From contig JALSJT010000175.1 of assembly GCA_026989175.1 (NCBI GenBank), forward strand, positions 1 to 46,397: 46,397 nt of DNA. The letters are read 5' to 3'. The position numbers and the translations under genes are program-made. The notes beneath the pieces were generated by a model, which did no database searches, had not been told where the DNA came from, and was given only the letters and a program-made list of their open reading frames with translations. Positions 36,244 to 46,203 of the stretch are shown here, piece after piece; position 1 is the stretch's first letter; each line of letters opens with the position of its first letter. The stretch is from Thiomicrorhabdus sp. GTDB taxonomy: Bacteria; Pseudomonadota; Gammaproteobacteria; Thiomicrospirales; Thiomicrospiraceae.

Positions 36244-37731
36244 TTATTCTCCCCAAACCCCCATAACACGGTAACACGCCTCCTTCGAGAGCGATATTTT
36301 TTGAACTGGGGGTTGTTGTTTTTTTCCCTTTACGCCCTCTTCACCAGATACGTTTATTTCCGTGCTTTTTAGGCACGAAGCGCACCCCAAGACACTCACA
36401 ACCGCACCATGATAGGTTAGAACAGGCCAAAAAGATCGCTCCCAAGGTGGAATTTTATTTTTCTGAAAAAAAGACTTTAATTTTTTTCGGTTCACAACAT
36501 CTTCTTGTGAAATGTTTCTTACCATCAATCCAGACAAGCGCAAAAAATATTTAAATTCAATTTGAAAATGATAGTGCGCTGTTTGTGCAGGCTTATGAGT
36601 ACGATGAACAACCAATGTGCGATCATCTAAACACAGCGCTAACGCCTGACCGCCACCCTTAAACAATGACGCCAAATCAATATTACACTCAACCTTAAAA
36701 CAATAAGGCAACAAACTGTTTTTTAAGAAATAAAGCCTCTTTCCATAAAAGCATAGCTCCCCCAAGGAGGTCTGATAAGAAAATGCATTTTGCCGACTCT
36801 TAGCCTGCTGTGCTAACACTTGTTTTACCCAATCATAATGCCTTGCAGAGAGTGTGAGTGTAAACTGCTTAAGCAACCAATAACGTAATGTATTTTTCTG
36901 CTCTAACCAATCAAGATCATTCAGCCAATCAAAGTCAAAATAAAACTCAGTGCCTTCCATTTTGGCTAACGCCTGCGCAGCCATTCGATTCAATAATAGT
37001 TGCGCTTCCGACATATGATCGGCCGTGCGCGCAAGGCTTTTCTCAACCGCTGGCCAATAGCGACTTAATACGGGAAGAACCTCTTGGCGTACCGCATTAC
37101 GGCGGTAATGCGTTAATGCATTACTTGGATCTCCCACCCAGTGCAACTTAAAATACTGAGCATACAACTTTAATTGTTGGTAAGGAATCGACAACAATGG
37201 ACGACAGTGCAATACCTCTCCCAGAACGGTAGAGAGTGTTTTAACATAAGGCATCGCAGCTAAACCAGATACGCCCGAACCTCTCGCTAAATTTAACAAG
37301 ACCGTTTCTGCCTGATCTCGTTGATGATGCCCGGTGACCAAAATATCCGTATCCAGCTTACATCCTGTTGTTAAGGCTTGATAACGCAACCTTCGTGCAA
37401 CGGACTCCACCCCTTCTCGTTTAACAGATGTCCATTCAAGCGTACTGGATTTAAAAGGGATTGCCAGTGACAAACAGAATAACGAACAGTGCTTAACCCA
37501 GTCAGCAGCGTCCTCTTGTAAGCCATGATCAATATGATGCGCAAGAAGTCGCTCTTTTAAAGCGGACGACTGTGCGAGTAAATGCAATAAAACGGTTGAG
37601 TCCAAACCTCCACTAAAGGCGACATGGATAGAAGAAAAGTCAGAGTATCGTTCCGTAAACTCCTTCAGAACCCCTGTAAAACAGCTTAAATGCTCAGGAA
37701 GAAAAAGCTCATCATGAGGATCCTCGGTCAT
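36244..37731 (-). CDS. tilS: tRNA(Ile)-lysidine synthase
   Basis: AFSGGLDS, ARRLRY, HHQRDQAET, DPSN; accA-tilS-pyrG synteny. Confidence 0.93.
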   Translation of the reverse strand: MTEDPHDELFLPEHLSCFTGVLKEFTERYSDFSSIHVAFSGGLDSTVLLHLLAQSSALKERLLAHHIDHGLQEDAADWVKHCSLFCLSLAIPFKSSTLEWTSVKREGVESVARRLRYQALTTGCKLDTDILVTGHHQRDQAETVLLNLARGSGVSGLAAMPYVKTLSTVLGEVLHCRPLLSIPYQQLKLYAQYFKLHWVGDPSNALTHYRRNAVRQEVLPVLSRYWPAVEKSLARTADHMSEAQLLLNRMAAQALAKMEGTEFYFDFDWLNDLDWLEQKNTLRYWLLKQFTLTLSARHYDWVKQVLAQQAKSRQNAFSYQTSLGELCFYGKRLYFLKNSLLPYCFKVECNIDLASLFKGGGQALALCLDDRTLVVHRTHKPAQTAHYHFQIEFKYFLRLSGLMVRNISQEDVVNRKKLKSFFQKNKIPPWERSFWPVLTYHGAVVSVLGCASCLKSTEINVSGEEGVKGKKQQPPVQKISLSKEACYRVMGVWGE

Positions 37732-37772
37732 AAAAAGCTCAAGCTATCTTAATGAAAACAAAAGAAGGCAGA

Positions 37773-38726
37773 CTAACCTTCAAAATTACCATACGCCATA
37801 TAACGTTGATAACGAGATTCGAGTAGCTCATCAACCGACTTCTCTTTAAGTTGATCTAACTGAGCAATCAATGCATTTTTAAGATTACTTGCTGCCAGTT
37901 GATAATCCCTATGCGCGCCACCTAATGGCTCAGAGATAATCTCATCCACCAAGCCCAGTGACTTCAAACGGGTTGCCGTAATTCCCAATGCTTGAGCCGC
38001 ATCGGCCGCATTGTCCGCATTTTTCCAGAGTATCGAAGCACACCCTTCTGGCGAAATCACCGAATACGTTGAGTACTCCATCATCATCATGACATCTCCA
38101 ACGCCAATCGCAAGTGCCCCCCCTGAACCACCCTCACCAATAACGGTACAAATAACCGGCACTTTTAACTCCGCCATCTCAATCAAGTTTCGAGCAATCG
38201 CTTCACTTTGACCACGCTCTTCGGCATTAATGCCTGGATAGGCGCCCGGCGTATCAATAAAGGTAATCACCGGCAAGCCAAAACGCTCGGCCATTTTCAT
38301 TAAACGCAATGCTTTACGATAGCCTTCTGGACGTGGCATCCCAAAATTACGACGAATTTTTTCTTTGGTGTCTCTTCCCTTTTCTTGGGTAATTAACATC
38401 ACTGGCTGGCCGTCCAAACGTGCGAGACCCGCCACAATCGCTTCGTCGTCTGCAAACGCACGATCGCCATGCAACTCTTTAAAGTCGGTAAAAATCTCAG
38501 GAATATAATCCAACGCATACGGACGCTGTGGATGACGGGATAATTTAGCAATTTGAACATCGGTTAACTTTTTAAAGGTCGACTCGGTTAAATTTTTACG
38601 CTTCTCTTCTAACGCCGCAATCTCTTGCACCAAATTAACATCTCCCCCATCCAAATGACGTAATTCATCAATTTTTGCCTCTAACTCAGCAATGGGTTGT
38701 TCAAAGTCTAAAAAATCAAGTTTCAT
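37773..38726 (-). CDS. accA: Acetyl-CoA carboxylase carboxyltransferase alpha
   Basis: [25 protein letters not shown]. Confidence 0.98.
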   Translation of the reverse strand: MKLDFLDFEQPIAELEAKIDELRHLDGGDVNLVQEIAALEEKRKNLTESTFKKLTDVQIAKLSRHPQRPYALDYIPEIFTDFKELHGDRAFADDEAIVAGLARLDGQPVMLITQEKGRDTKEKIRRNFGMPRPEGYRKALRLMKMAERFGLPVITFIDTPGAYPGINAEERGQSEAIARNLIEMAELKVPVICTVIGEGGSGGALAIGVGDVMMMMEYSTYSVISPEGCASILWKNADNAADAAQALGITATRLKSLGLVDEIISEPLGGAHRDYQLAASNLKNALIAQLDQLKEKSVDELLESRYQRYMAYGNFEG

Positions 38727-38923
38727 GGTATTTCCGTCTTATTTATAAGATTCACGTGACAAAGTTGCAGAACATTTTATCAAAAATGCCCTATTCGGAT
38801 TCACTTTTCTTAACTTGACTCCGAACAAGTTCTTTAACATTCAATAAAACTACAGTAAAATACCCTTAACTTAAACCACAGTAGGTATATATACTTACCG
38901 AGAAACTAAAAAGGTCACGACAT

Positions 38924-39670
38924 ATGTTTTCAGTACGCTCAATCAATACACTCGCACTTATGGGTAGCATCAGCTTAATACCTCTTTCAGTACAAGCGGC
39001 CGATCCTCAAGCACTTGGACTCTCTGGAAGCGGTGAAGCAGGTTACAACAGCAGTACAGGAAATACTACAACCACCAGTGTCTTTGGCGCCATTAAGCTC
39101 AACTACAACCAAGTCGATCATGAATTAAAGTCTGTCTTTGAAATCAACTATAAATCTGAAAATAATGTGCAAACACAAGAGCGTTATTTGCTTGACCTGC
39201 AACGAAACCATTTTTACGATGAAAGCCGCAGTTACTATAGTTTTGTAGGCGGAAAATTTGAAAACAGTCGCTTTGAAAACATCGACTTAGATGCGGCTCT
39301 TTCAGCCGGTTTAGGTAAAGCCTTGTACCAAACAGAACAGACCACTCTAACAGGTGAAATAGGTCTTGGTTATCAATCCATTACCTATACCAGTACTGGA
39401 GGCGGTAACAGTACCGATCAAATGATCGGACGATTAAAGCTAGACTTTGCCCACCAAATCAATGAACAAGTCACCTTCACTCAGGATGCACTAGTCCTAA
39501 CAGGTTCTGAGCGCACAAAACTTGAACTGAATACGGGGGTTAAAGTAAAAGTAGCCGATAGCATGAATGTGAAACTAGCCTATAAATATAGACATAATGA
39601 CAAACCCGCCACGACTACTCTGAAAAAAACAGACACGCAAACGACCTTAACACTTATTTACGATTTCTAA
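38924..39670 (+). CDS. DUF481/YdiY-family outer-membrane beta-barrel protein
   Basis: Signal peptide, GY..STGNT, alternating beta strands, C-terminal YDF. Confidence 0.8.
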   Translation: MFSVRSINTLALMGSISLIPLSVQAADPQALGLSGSGEAGYNSSTGNTTTTSVFGAIKLNYNQVDHELKSVFEINYKSENNVQTQERYLLDLQRNHFYDESRSYYSFVGGKFENSRFENIDLDAALSAGLGKALYQTEQTTLTGEIGLGYQSITYTSTGGGNSTDQMIGRLKLDFAHQINEQVTFTQDALVLTGSERTKLELNTGVKVKVADSMNVKLAYKYRHNDKPATTTLKKTDTQTTLTLIYDF

Positions 39671-39692
39671 ATAAAGCCGTCTCAATCATTAC

Positions 39693-39723
39693 ATTGAAGA
39701 CCTTTATAACAAAGGCCTTCAAT
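39693..39723. terminator. Hairpin between convergent genes, resembling a collapsed family-1 MITE
   Basis: ATTGAAGACCTTT-ataac-AAAGGCCTTCAAT. Confidence 0.5.
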
Positions 39724-39727
39724 CAAA

Positions 39728-41449
39728 TTAACCCTTTATTTTTTGCGCTTTCACGACTTGCGTTTGCTGATAGATTGTCAACAATGCTTGATGGCGTTCG
39801 CTGGTTTTAAATATATCCAGCCCAATCGGCTCGCCCCACAACGCTTGCTCACCACTGATATTGAGCCAAGCTTGCTCACTGACGGCCTGTCCAAACAAAC
39901 ATTCCATCGCATAGGTACTTACCTCGCCATTCAACTGCATTTCAACACCATACTGCAACGCACGATACGCCAGCAACCACGGATTATTAGGCGACATAAA
40001 GCACAGTGCATCTTGAACCATTTCAAGCGCATCTTCGTATGCTTGTGCGGCTAAATAACACCAAAACTTTAACTCAACAACCTTCAACTCCGCCCAAAAA
40101 CTTTTGGGATCAGGCATTAAACCAATTAAAGAGGCCACCCCTTGGTGATCGCTTAATCCGAGTTCATCAATTAAAGCGACCAACCCTAAAAAGTCACCAC
40201 TTGTATCTAACTCTAATAATGACTCACGCAAAATACGCCCAGTATTTTGATTACTTTCAATCAACTCACTGTTTGGGTAAATTTCAGACATACCCGGTAC
40301 GACAATTCGACACGCTTCAAAGTCATAATGATTATAATTTGCCACATACACCGAACAGCCTTGCTGTTCAACCTTGCTACAAAGCTGTGACCACTGTGCT
40401 TCGGTATCACCAGAAAAATCCCAATGAACAAATTCATAGTCATAAGCGTCTGAAATAAAGTGCCCATGAATCAAACCACTCGAATCAATAAAATGGTTTT
40501 CTAGGTTTTCATCTTCCGCCACGACAAAGGTATCAAAAACAGGCATTTGAAAACCATCTAATTGCCCGAGCTGTCGCCCTTGCAGTGACTCGGTTAAGGT
40601 ACGCTCTAAAGCAACTTCAAACATAGGATGTGCGCCAAATGAAGCAAAACAGAGTCCCGTTTTTTGTTCAAACAGCGTAACGTTAATGACGGGAAACTCC
40701 CCGCCAAGCGATGCATCTCTAATGGATAAAACAATCCCCTCTTTATTGAGCGATTGAATCGCCTGAACCACATCCGGATACAACTGCACAATCTCATCGG
40801 GCACTTCTGGCAAACAGATATTCTCTCGCATGATTTTATTCTTAACCCAACGCTCAAAAATCTCGGACAATCCTTGTACCTGAGCTTCCGCAGCACTATT
40901 CCCTGCAGACAAACCATTGCTGGCATATAGATTACTAAATAAGTTCATGGGAAAGTAAGCGGTTTCACCAGAAGAGACTTCTTGCATGGCTATCGACCGA
41001 ATTTCATTTTGAGTATCATTAAAGCTTAATAAGTCACAAAACTCGATTTCATTGTTTTCATCATAAAATTCCCATAACTCTTTCGTTAAACACTGCTTAA
41101 ACGTCTCTCCTGAAAACGATTTTTCATTCGGGTAATACAACCAAGAACCCGCCGCTTCATCAGGCTTCGACTCTAACCAATAGTCTGAAAAAAAATAATT
41201 GGTCGACAGACGCTCTAAATACTCACCTAATGCACTGGCAAGCGTTGATTTTCGACTGGTTCCTTTGCCATTGGTAAACAACCCAGGGCAACGTGCATCG
41301 TAAATATGCAGTGAAAACACGTTGGTCACAGGGTTTAACCAAGAGGCTTCAACAATTTCAAACCCCGCCTTTTTTAAAATGCGCTGCATGTTGGCAATAG
41401 ACGCCTCTAAACAATCGTCCTTGCCTTTAATGTAAGTTAATTCACTCAC
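39728..41449 (-). CDS. ycaO: YcaO-family ATP-binding protein (E. coli YcaO type)
   Basis: GKD..LEASI, TNGKG, ASALGEYLERL, SNGLSAGN, ALERTLTE, RIVVPGMSEIYP. Confidence 0.9.
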   Translation of the reverse strand: MSELTYIKGKDDCLEASIANMQRILKKAGFEIVEASWLNPVTNVFSLHIYDARCPGLFTNGKGTSRKSTLASALGEYLERLSTNYFFSDYWLESKPDEAAGSWLYYPNEKSFSGETFKQCLTKELWEFYDENNEIEFCDLLSFNDTQNEIRSIAMQEVSSGETAYFPMNLFSNLYASNGLSAGNSAAEAQVQGLSEIFERWVKNKIMRENICLPEVPDEIVQLYPDVVQAIQSLNKEGIVLSIRDASLGGEFPVINVTLFEQKTGLCFASFGAHPMFEVALERTLTESLQGRQLGQLDGFQMPVFDTFVVAEDENLENHFIDSSGLIHGHFISDAYDYEFVHWDFSGDTEAQWSQLCSKVEQQGCSVYVANYNHYDFEACRIVVPGMSEIYPNSELIESNQNTGRILRESLLELDTSGDFLGLVALIDELGLSDHQGVASLIGLMPDPKSFWAELKVVELKFWCYLAAQAYEDALEMVQDALCFMSPNNPWLLAYRALQYGVEMQLNGEVSTYAMECLFGQAVSEQAWLNISGEQALWGEPIGLDIFKTSERHQALLTIYQQTQVVKAQKIKG

Positions 41450-41608
41450 CCTTTACTCTCCAACTTTTTTCACTATGACTTAAAGAGACCACAACACTGA
41501 AATAAACCAGCCCTGTTGCCGCACAATTTTTTTTAATTTCGTATTTTGGTCAAACTTGCGTAGAATCAAAGATGAAAAAACCTCTCATCTACTCAAAGGT
41601 CTCCAAAT

Positions 41609-41902
41609 ATGAAAAACATACCGCTTAAAAGCTACGCTATCCCCCTTGTAATAATCGGTAGTTTACTTAGCTCACAAACCGTTATGGCGGAACCTCACCC
41701 TGGCAAGGTGCTTCATGATGACAATAACTGCTTAAGATGCCATGTTGATAAACCCTATAACCCAAGTAAAACCGACTCATTTCCAAAACTCATCAAAAGT
41801 GTTCGATTCTGTAATGAAAACTTAGGCATTGGCTTATTTGATGATGAGATAGAAGAGCTTGCAGACTACCTAAACCAAACCTACTATCAACACCCTAAAT
41901 AA
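41609..41902 (+). CDS. Small periplasmic monoheme cytochrome c, green-heme-protein-like
   Basis: Signal peptide, CLRCH, no Met in the mature chain, extra Cys in VRFCNENLG, C-terminal YLNQTYY. Confidence 0.8.
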   Translation: MKNIPLKSYAIPLVIIGSLLSSQTVMAEPHPGKVLHDDNNCLRCHVDKPYNPSKTDSFPKLIKSVRFCNENLGIGLFDDEIEELADYLNQTYYQHPK

Positions 41903-41919
41903 TCGAATCGCAATACTTA

Positions 41920-41943
41920 GAGACCTTTACACGATAGAGTCTC
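41920..41943. repeat. Collapsed 24-bp family-1 MITE remnant
   Basis: GAGACCTTTACACGA-tagaGTCTC, between convergent genes. Confidence 0.6.
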
Positions 41944-42827
41944 TAAGAAATCTTACCCTGAAATCGAGTAAGGTTTTCTTTAAATTTCTGCATAACAAGG
42001 GGGGCTACTTTCTCAAGCCCGTCCTCATAAAGCTGATCCTTAGCGTCGGAAATAATTTTATCAATCGCTTCAAGCAAAAAGTAATACTGACCGTTATTAG
42101 GCAACGCCTTCCAATCTCTTACATTTGATTGCCACAGCTGCCTTAACTCATCATCTTGCTCAAACAAAAACAGAACCTTCTTTAATAAATCATTTAAAGG
42201 CGCAATGGTTTCATAAGTTTGATAAGGTCGCTGAAAATGATCATAAAAACTCCGTCGATGCTGCTGTGCAAGTTGTAAAGCGGCAACCATCTGGACAATA
42301 CGATTATCCTGGGCTTCTTTTTCAGCACGCTCTAAACGCTCTACCGTTAACATAGGCGCATCCGATTTCCAGCGACCAAAGACGATGTACAGATTATGAC
42401 GTTCAATAAAAAAGTGCTTTCCCTCATTGAGTTTCATCACATCCTGTGCTGAAACCAAATACTCTAATCGCTCTTTTTCCAACACCGTTGTATCCTGCCA
42501 AACATCCCATGCCGTATCATAAGGAGAGGTTTCATGACCCGAGGCACTTTTTTTGGTCATCGGAACGCAAGATAAACCGTAATCGTGACCCTCAACATAA
42601 TCGAGTACCGACAAAAAATAATCACCCTTTTCATTTACGCCAGTAATACGACCTACAATAAAGGCATCGTCTTTAATATTGCCTGCAGGGTAAGCCACAA
42701 AGACGGTTTCTCCTATTTTAAATGAACTGGCCGCAAACGCATGAATACCCCATAAAAGAGCAATGCTTACACACAGAACACGCCCAAAAAAGAAAAATTT
42801 ATTTTTCTCCCCCCCTCTCCGAGACAT
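41943..42827 (-). CDS. Hypothetical exported protein
   Basis: 294-aa ORF, signal peptide ending AFA, start overlaps the USP stop (TAATG). Confidence 0.75.
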   Translation of the reverse strand: MSRRGGEKNKFFFFGRVLCVSIALLWGIHAFAASSFKIGETVFVAYPAGNIKDDAFIVGRITGVNEKGDYFLSVLDYVEGHDYGLSCVPMTKKSASGHETSPYDTAWDVWQDTTVLEKERLEYLVSAQDVMKLNEGKHFFIERHNLYIVFGRWKSDAPMLTVERLERAEKEAQDNRIVQMVAALQLAQQHRRSFYDHFQRPYQTYETIAPLNDLLKKVLFLFEQDDELRQLWQSNVRDWKALPNNGQYYFLLEAIDKIISDAKDQLYEDGLEKVAPLVMQKFKENLTRFQGKIS

Positions 42828-43288
42828 TAATCGGCTTCCTTATTTAAAGACTCCTTAACCGCCAATACATCACAAGGCGCATCATTAATCACCGAGTGCG
42901 TGGTTGAACCAATTAATCTTTTAAAACCAGAAAGACCATGAAACCCCATGACAATTAAATCAATGCTATTCACTTTCGCAATAGTAATAATTTCATCACC
43001 AGGACTGCCTGAAACACTCATAAAATCCGCTATACCATATTGATCTGCTATTTTTTTCAAGCGCTCTTCAGACGTTTCAAGAAGTGTTTGTGCTAACTCT
43101 TCATCCCAAAGTGCAGGCATCCCCATTACGGCAACATCCTCTAATACAGGATAAACTGGGATATCGACCACATGTAACAGTGTAAGCTTTGCGTTCGCTT
43201 GTTCAGCCATCGATTGCGCTTTTAATAAGGCACAAAGGCTCTGTTTTGAAAAATCCGTTGCGATCAAAATTCGTTGATAATTTACCAT
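42827..43288 (-). CDS. Universal stress protein
   Basis: YQRILIATDFS, DLIVMG.HG, IGSTT..V...APCDVLAVK. Confidence 0.93.
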   Translation of the reverse strand: MVNYQRILIATDFSKQSLCALLKAQSMAEQANAKLTLLHVVDIPVYPVLEDVAVMGMPALWDEELAQTLLETSEERLKKIADQYGIADFMSVSGSPGDEIITIAKVNSIDLIVMGFHGLSGFKRLIGSTTHSVINDAPCDVLAVKESLNKEAD

Positions 43289-43328
43289 GATGCCACCTCT
43301 CGTCTCAGTTACAAATTATTGTCATCAG

Positions 43329-43363
43329 TTATTCACAATTCTTGTGGATAAAATTGTGTGTAA
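43329..43363. promoter_or_regulatory. DnaA-box cluster
   Basis: TTATTCACA (43329-43337, +), TTATCCACA (43343-43351, -), TTACACACA (43355-43363, -). Confidence 0.6.
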
Positions 43364-43434
43364 TGCCCTGTTAAACTCAAAAACACCTGTAATTTCTTGG
43401 CCTTATCCTATCCTGTTTAATTTTTAAGCAATCA

Positions 43435-44193
43435 TTAAGGTTTCGCTTTTTTTAAACGATTCTGTAACCTTTCTTGAATGGTATCCGCCACGTGATTTCT
43501 TAAATAAAGTGGCAGTGCTAACGACTGATCAGTCGATCTTTCATCTAACGCCATTCGTTGTACAATTCGAGCAACCGCGGCCGCTGAAGGCAGAGTTTCA
43601 AACCACGTTGAAAATAATGCACTTAACGCAGGGTACTCATTCGCAACATCCCCTAAACCAATACAATCAGGCTCTAACGATTTAAAACGCTCTTCGGCCT
43701 CTTCAGGAGAGATCAGACACGCTTCTGAAACCAGCCACTGCTGTGTCTTGACGTTAAAGGTACCCGATTGAAAATAGACTTCTTTCATTCGTGCATCCAT
43801 TAAAGCACACCATGGAACTTCAACCAAATGAGCGTATTGATCCAAAGGAAGTAACTCACTCAATACCCGTTCAGCCATCGCTTCTAACGAAGATACTCCT
43901 ATCGTGGGCTTATCCCAACCTAACGCCAGACCTTGCACCACACCTGAGGCAATACGAACCCCTGTAAAAGCACCAGGGCCTTCGCCGTAGGCTAAGAGAT
44001 CAATCTCCTCTCCCGTTATATTGGCCTCACTCAGCACCTCATCGACCATCTCCAGTACACGAAGCGCATGCTTTTGAGGTAAAAGCTCATAGCGTTCATG
44101 CATTTGACCTTCTATGATGATGGCTACGGAACACGCAGCAGTAGAGGTTTCTATCGCTAATATAGCGCGATTATTTATCATTTCTTCTTCCAT
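43435..44193 (-). CDS. tsaB: tRNA t6A biosynthesis protein TsaB
   Basis: ILAIETST, GPGAFTGVRI, DARMKEVY, PLYLR. Confidence 0.94.
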   Translation of the reverse strand: MEEEMINNRAILAIETSTAACSVAIIIEGQMHERYELLPQKHALRVLEMVDEVLSEANITGEEIDLLAYGEGPGAFTGVRIASGVVQGLALGWDKPTIGVSSLEAMAERVLSELLPLDQYAHLVEVPWCALMDARMKEVYFQSGTFNVKTQQWLVSEACLISPEEAEERFKSLEPDCIGLGDVANEYPALSALFSTWFETLPSAAAVARIVQRMALDERSTDQSLALPLYLRNHVADTIQERLQNRLKKAKP

Positions 44194-44205
44194 ATTTATA
44201 TAAAC

Positions 44206-44232
44206 GAGACCTTACACACCCTCTCAGGTTTC
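44206..44232. repeat. Collapsed 27-bp family-1 MITE remnant overlapping the helicase stop codon
   Basis: GAGACCTTACAC ... AGGTTTC with flanks TAAAC/TAAAT. Confidence 0.45.
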
Positions 44233-46203
44233 TAAATCTGGATCTGATGCAAGCTTCTCTATAGCTTCTTCCACACAATAAACCCACGGAAAATCCGGTA
44301 AACTCTCTCGAATGGTTGTGCCATAGCCCTTCGATGATAACCGAGGGTCACATAACATTAATACGCCACGATCCGTCGAATCCCGAATCAAGCGGCCTGC
44401 ACCCTGCTTCATTGCAATGACCGCTTCTGGCAACTGAAAATGCACAAAACCATTCAGCCCTTTCTCTTTTAAATACGCTTCTCGTGCTTGTACAATCGGA
44501 TCATCAGGGGGAGCAAACGGAATTCGATCGATAATCACCAGCCTTAAAGCCTCTCCTTTGACATCCACACCCTCCCAAAAACTACTGGTGCCTAATAAGA
44601 TCGTCTGTTCAGCTTCTTTAAATCGTTGCAACAATACCAGTTTGGGCTGTTCACCCTGTATTAACAACTTACCCTCCCAGTGTTGCTCAAGGATGGCTTT
44701 CGCTTCCTGCATCGCTCGATGACTGGTAAATAAAATAAATGCATGGCCATTACTGGCTTTTAAAAGAGGCCAAGCGGCTCTTAAACACACTTTAATATAC
44801 TGGTCACTTCTGGGCTCGGGTAAACCAATCGGGTGATAGATCACGCCTTGTTTTTGAAAATCGAACGGGCTAGACCAATGACGGGTTTCAGCCTCGCCCA
44901 ACCCAAGTCGATTCGCAAAATAGTCAAACTTACCACGGACACTTAACGTCGCAGAGGTAAATAGCCATGCGCCGGCAATGACTTCTCTTTGGCGACTAAA
45001 CGGGGCTGCAACACTCAAGGGAGTTAAATTCAACTTAAATCGTGCCTGAGAGGATTCAATCCAACGAATTTTGTTTTCAGATTTGGCGTTCATCCACTCT
45101 TTAAACTGGCCTTCAAAGTCCTTGGCTCGTTTATACACGGCGGTAATTTGCTTTCCTCTCTCGGCAACAGATTTCAGACTTTCAATCAAGCGCGATAAGC
45201 TGTCCATAAACCGTTTTGCCACTAACTGAAATGCGGCCTCTTTTTCAAGTTGCTGCCAAGTCCAACGCTTATCCCACTTACCAAGTGATTCATTTAACAA
45301 TTTAATTTGTTCAGCTAAATGATTCGCTTGTTCAACCAGTTCCACCGACTCAGGTGACTCTAATTTTTGTGCCTGTTTAATATCTCGTGTTAACTCATCC
45401 AGCTGACCACGAGTAATTGAAAACCCTAAAAACTGTGCCGCAATATCGGGCATTTGGTGTGCTTCATCAAAAACATACACCTCCATATTGGGTAAAAGCT
45501 CTCCAAACCCCTGTTCTCTCAACGATAAATCAGCACAAAACAGGTGGTGATTTACCACCAGAACCTGTGCTTCAGCGGCTTTTTTCTTTGCTTTAGGGTA
45601 AAAACAGCCCGACTCCGCATTACAGTCTGCGGCCTGACAAAACTCCAAACGCGCACACACTTTACGCCAGATTGGATCCTCTTCCGCCACCGTATCTAAC
45701 TCTGATTTATCACCTGATGTTGTGACATTTTCAACCCAATCACGAATCAAGGCTAATTTTTTCCAATCAGAACGACTATGCTGCTCAGCGGTTTCTGTTA
45801 TTTCCAGTCGCTGAGGGCATACATAGTTATCTCGTCCCTTTAAAATGCATGCCTTACCTTTAACTCCACACGCCTTAAAAAGGGTTGGCATATCTTTTTG
45901 AACCAACTGCTCTTGTAAGGTTTTGGTTGCGGTAGAGACCATCACGGTTTTACCCGACAGCAGTGCAGGGACTAAATAAGCAAATGTCTTTCCAGTCCCC
46001 GTACCTGCCTCTGCCAATAAAGTCCCCTCTTTTTGGATCAACGTTTCAATCTCATAAGCCATCTCGATTTGAGGTGCGCGAGCACAATAGCCTTCGACGT
46101 ATTCCGAAAGTGTTCCCCCATCCCCCATCACCTCATCAATACCTAAAGCACACTTAGCTACGGTCTCTACTGGCTCACTGGCTTCTGTTGATTTTAAAGA
46201 CAT
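44224..46203 (-). CDS. yoaA: DinG/YoaA-family Fe-S DNA helicase (start uncertain, frame open to 46257)
   Basis: EAGTGTGKT, KGRDNYVC, Fe-S cysteines, DEAH, SATL, QGAGRLIR; adjacent to tsaB. Confidence 0.92.
   Translation of the reverse strand: MSLKSTEASEPVETVAKCALGIDEVMGDGGTLSEYVEGYCARAPQIEMAYEIETLIQKEGTLLAEAGTGTGKTFAYLVPALLSGKTVMVSTATKTLQEQLVQKDMPTLFKACGVKGKACILKGRDNYVCPQRLEITETAEQHSRSDWKKLALIRDWVENVTTSGDKSELDTVAEEDPIWRKVCARLEFCQAADCNAESGCFYPKAKKKAAEAQVLVVNHHLFCADLSLREQGFGELLPNMEVYVFDEAHQMPDIAAQFLGFSITRGQLDELTRDIKQAQKLESPESVELVEQANHLAEQIKLLNESLGKWDKRWTWQQLEKEAAFQLVAKRFMDSLSRLIESLKSVAERGKQITAVYKRAKDFEGQFKEWMNAKSENKIRWIESSQARFKLNLTPLSVAAPFSRQREVIAGAWLFTSATLSVRGKFDYFANRLGLGEAETRHWSSPFDFQKQGVIYHPIGLPEPRSDQYIKVCLRAAWPLLKASNGHAFILFTSHRAMQEAKAILEQHWEGKLLIQGEQPKLVLLQRFKEAEQTILLGTSSFWEGVDVKGEALRLVIIDRIPFAPPDDPIVQAREAYLKEKGLNGFVHFQLPEAVIAMKQGAGRLIRDSTDRGVLMLCDPRLSSKGYGTTIRESLPDFPWVYCVEEAIEKLASDPDLET

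Noticed and set aside
39728-41449. YcaO as part of a RiPP biosynthetic cluster
   Set aside because: E. coli-type stand-alone YcaO; no precursor peptide, TfuA, E1-like or dehydrogenase gene adjacent
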